From Clostridiaceae bacterium (GTDB lineage Bacteria > Bacillota > Clostridia > Clostridiales > Caloramatoraceae), in contig JBEQBT010000003.1 in the NCBI GenBank assembly GCA_041639705.1, positions 15,001 to 39,000 of the forward strand: a stretch of DNA of 24,000 nt. The letters are read 5' to 3'. The notes under the pieces were generated by a model. The model did not search any database. It had not been told where the DNA came from and was given only the letters and a program-made list of their open reading frames with translations. Positions 23,735 through 24,000 of this stretch are shown piece by piece. The position numbers were made by a program, and so were the translations under genes. The number at the start of each line of letters is the position of its first letter. Within the stretch, counting starts at the first letter, position 1.

Positions 23735-23762
23735 ATATCCTACATCTGATGAGGCTAGCGCC
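23735..23762 (-). repeat. Degenerate half copy (one arm) of the palindromic element
   Basis: The minus strand reads GGCGCTAGCCTCATCAGATGTAGGATAT versus the arm consensus GGTGCCAGCCTCATCAGATATCAGATAT (23 of 28 identical). No complementary arm is adjacent. It starts 6 nt after the phosphoesterase stop. Confidence 0.6.
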
Positions 23763-23768
23763 TATACT

Positions 23769-24000
23769 CTATATAAAAAATTCCTCTATGGTTTCTCCAT
23801 TTTCAATGTTTAAAAACCTGACTGCTCCATCTTCAAATACTGCAGCAGAGGGAATTCCATCTCCCTTGGGAACTCCAATACTTCCAGGATTAATAAACAC
23901 AGTTCTGCCATAGATCTCATATTTTCTTATATGTGTATGTCCTGTTATCATAATATCAACTCTGTAAGCTTCTGCAATTTGGTTCAGTTTAGCCTGATCC
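23769..24000 (-). CDS. Metallophosphoesterase, YfcE/MJ0936 family, partial: N-terminus lies right of the window
   Basis: The track ORF starts at an internal Met. The frame stays open to base 24000 (DQAKLNQIAEAYRVDIIMITGHTHIRKY...). GHTH and FINPGS are family motifs. Confidence 0.75.
   Translation of the reverse strand, partial: DQAKLNQIAEAYRVDIMITGHTHIRKYEIYGRTVFINPGSIGVPKGDGIPSAAVFEDGAVRFLNIENGETIEEFFI

Noticed and set aside
1-24000. Looked for CRISPR arrays, tRNA/rRNA genes, and intact transposase or integrase genes
   Set aside because: No regularly spaced direct repeats, no tRNA T-loop/acceptor patterns and no rRNA-like segments were seen. No ORF has recombinase or transposase motifs; the SNF2 stump is the only mobile-element trace.

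Overview
This 24-kb window looks like a low-GC Firmicute (Clostridia-like) accessory region. All functional calls come from reading motifs in the translations; no database search was possible.

Left 6.8 kb (patchwork):
- A partial PRD-type PTS regulator (1-1624, minus strand).
- A decayed ~3-kb segment bracketed by two copies of a long palindromic element (1972-2048 perfect; 5008-5070 one arm mismatch). It carries a truncated FRG-domain gene, an unknown membrane-anchored protein, a frameshifted small gene and an intact MntA/HepT (MNT/HEPN, type VII) toxin-antitoxin pair.
- A stand-alone 5'-3' exonuclease and a YcxB-like membrane protein.

From 6.8 kb (the YcxB-like gene) to the right edge every gene is on the minus strand; after that gene come:
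1. A complete seven-gene sgc-type locus (sgcR-A-X-B-C-Q-E homologues: Gat-family PTS, M42 peptidase, BtpA/SgcQ, epimerase). To my knowledge its substrate has not been established in any organism.
2. A DeoR regulator and a Fru-family PTS EIIA/EIIB/EIIC operon, followed by a seven-gene operon that looks G+C-richer: class II aldolase, bicupin, HAD phosphatase, ketose-3-epimerase-like TIM barrel, DhaK, DhaL, RpiB. This is my best candidate for an undescribed system: a PTS-linked rare-ketose or tetrulose catabolic route with neither fruK nor dhaM in the window.
3. A SNF2-helicase C-terminal remnant abutting a degenerate half copy of the palindromic element, then a partial YfcE-like metallophosphoesterase.

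I saw no rRNA, tRNA, CRISPR array, or intact transposase or integrase.
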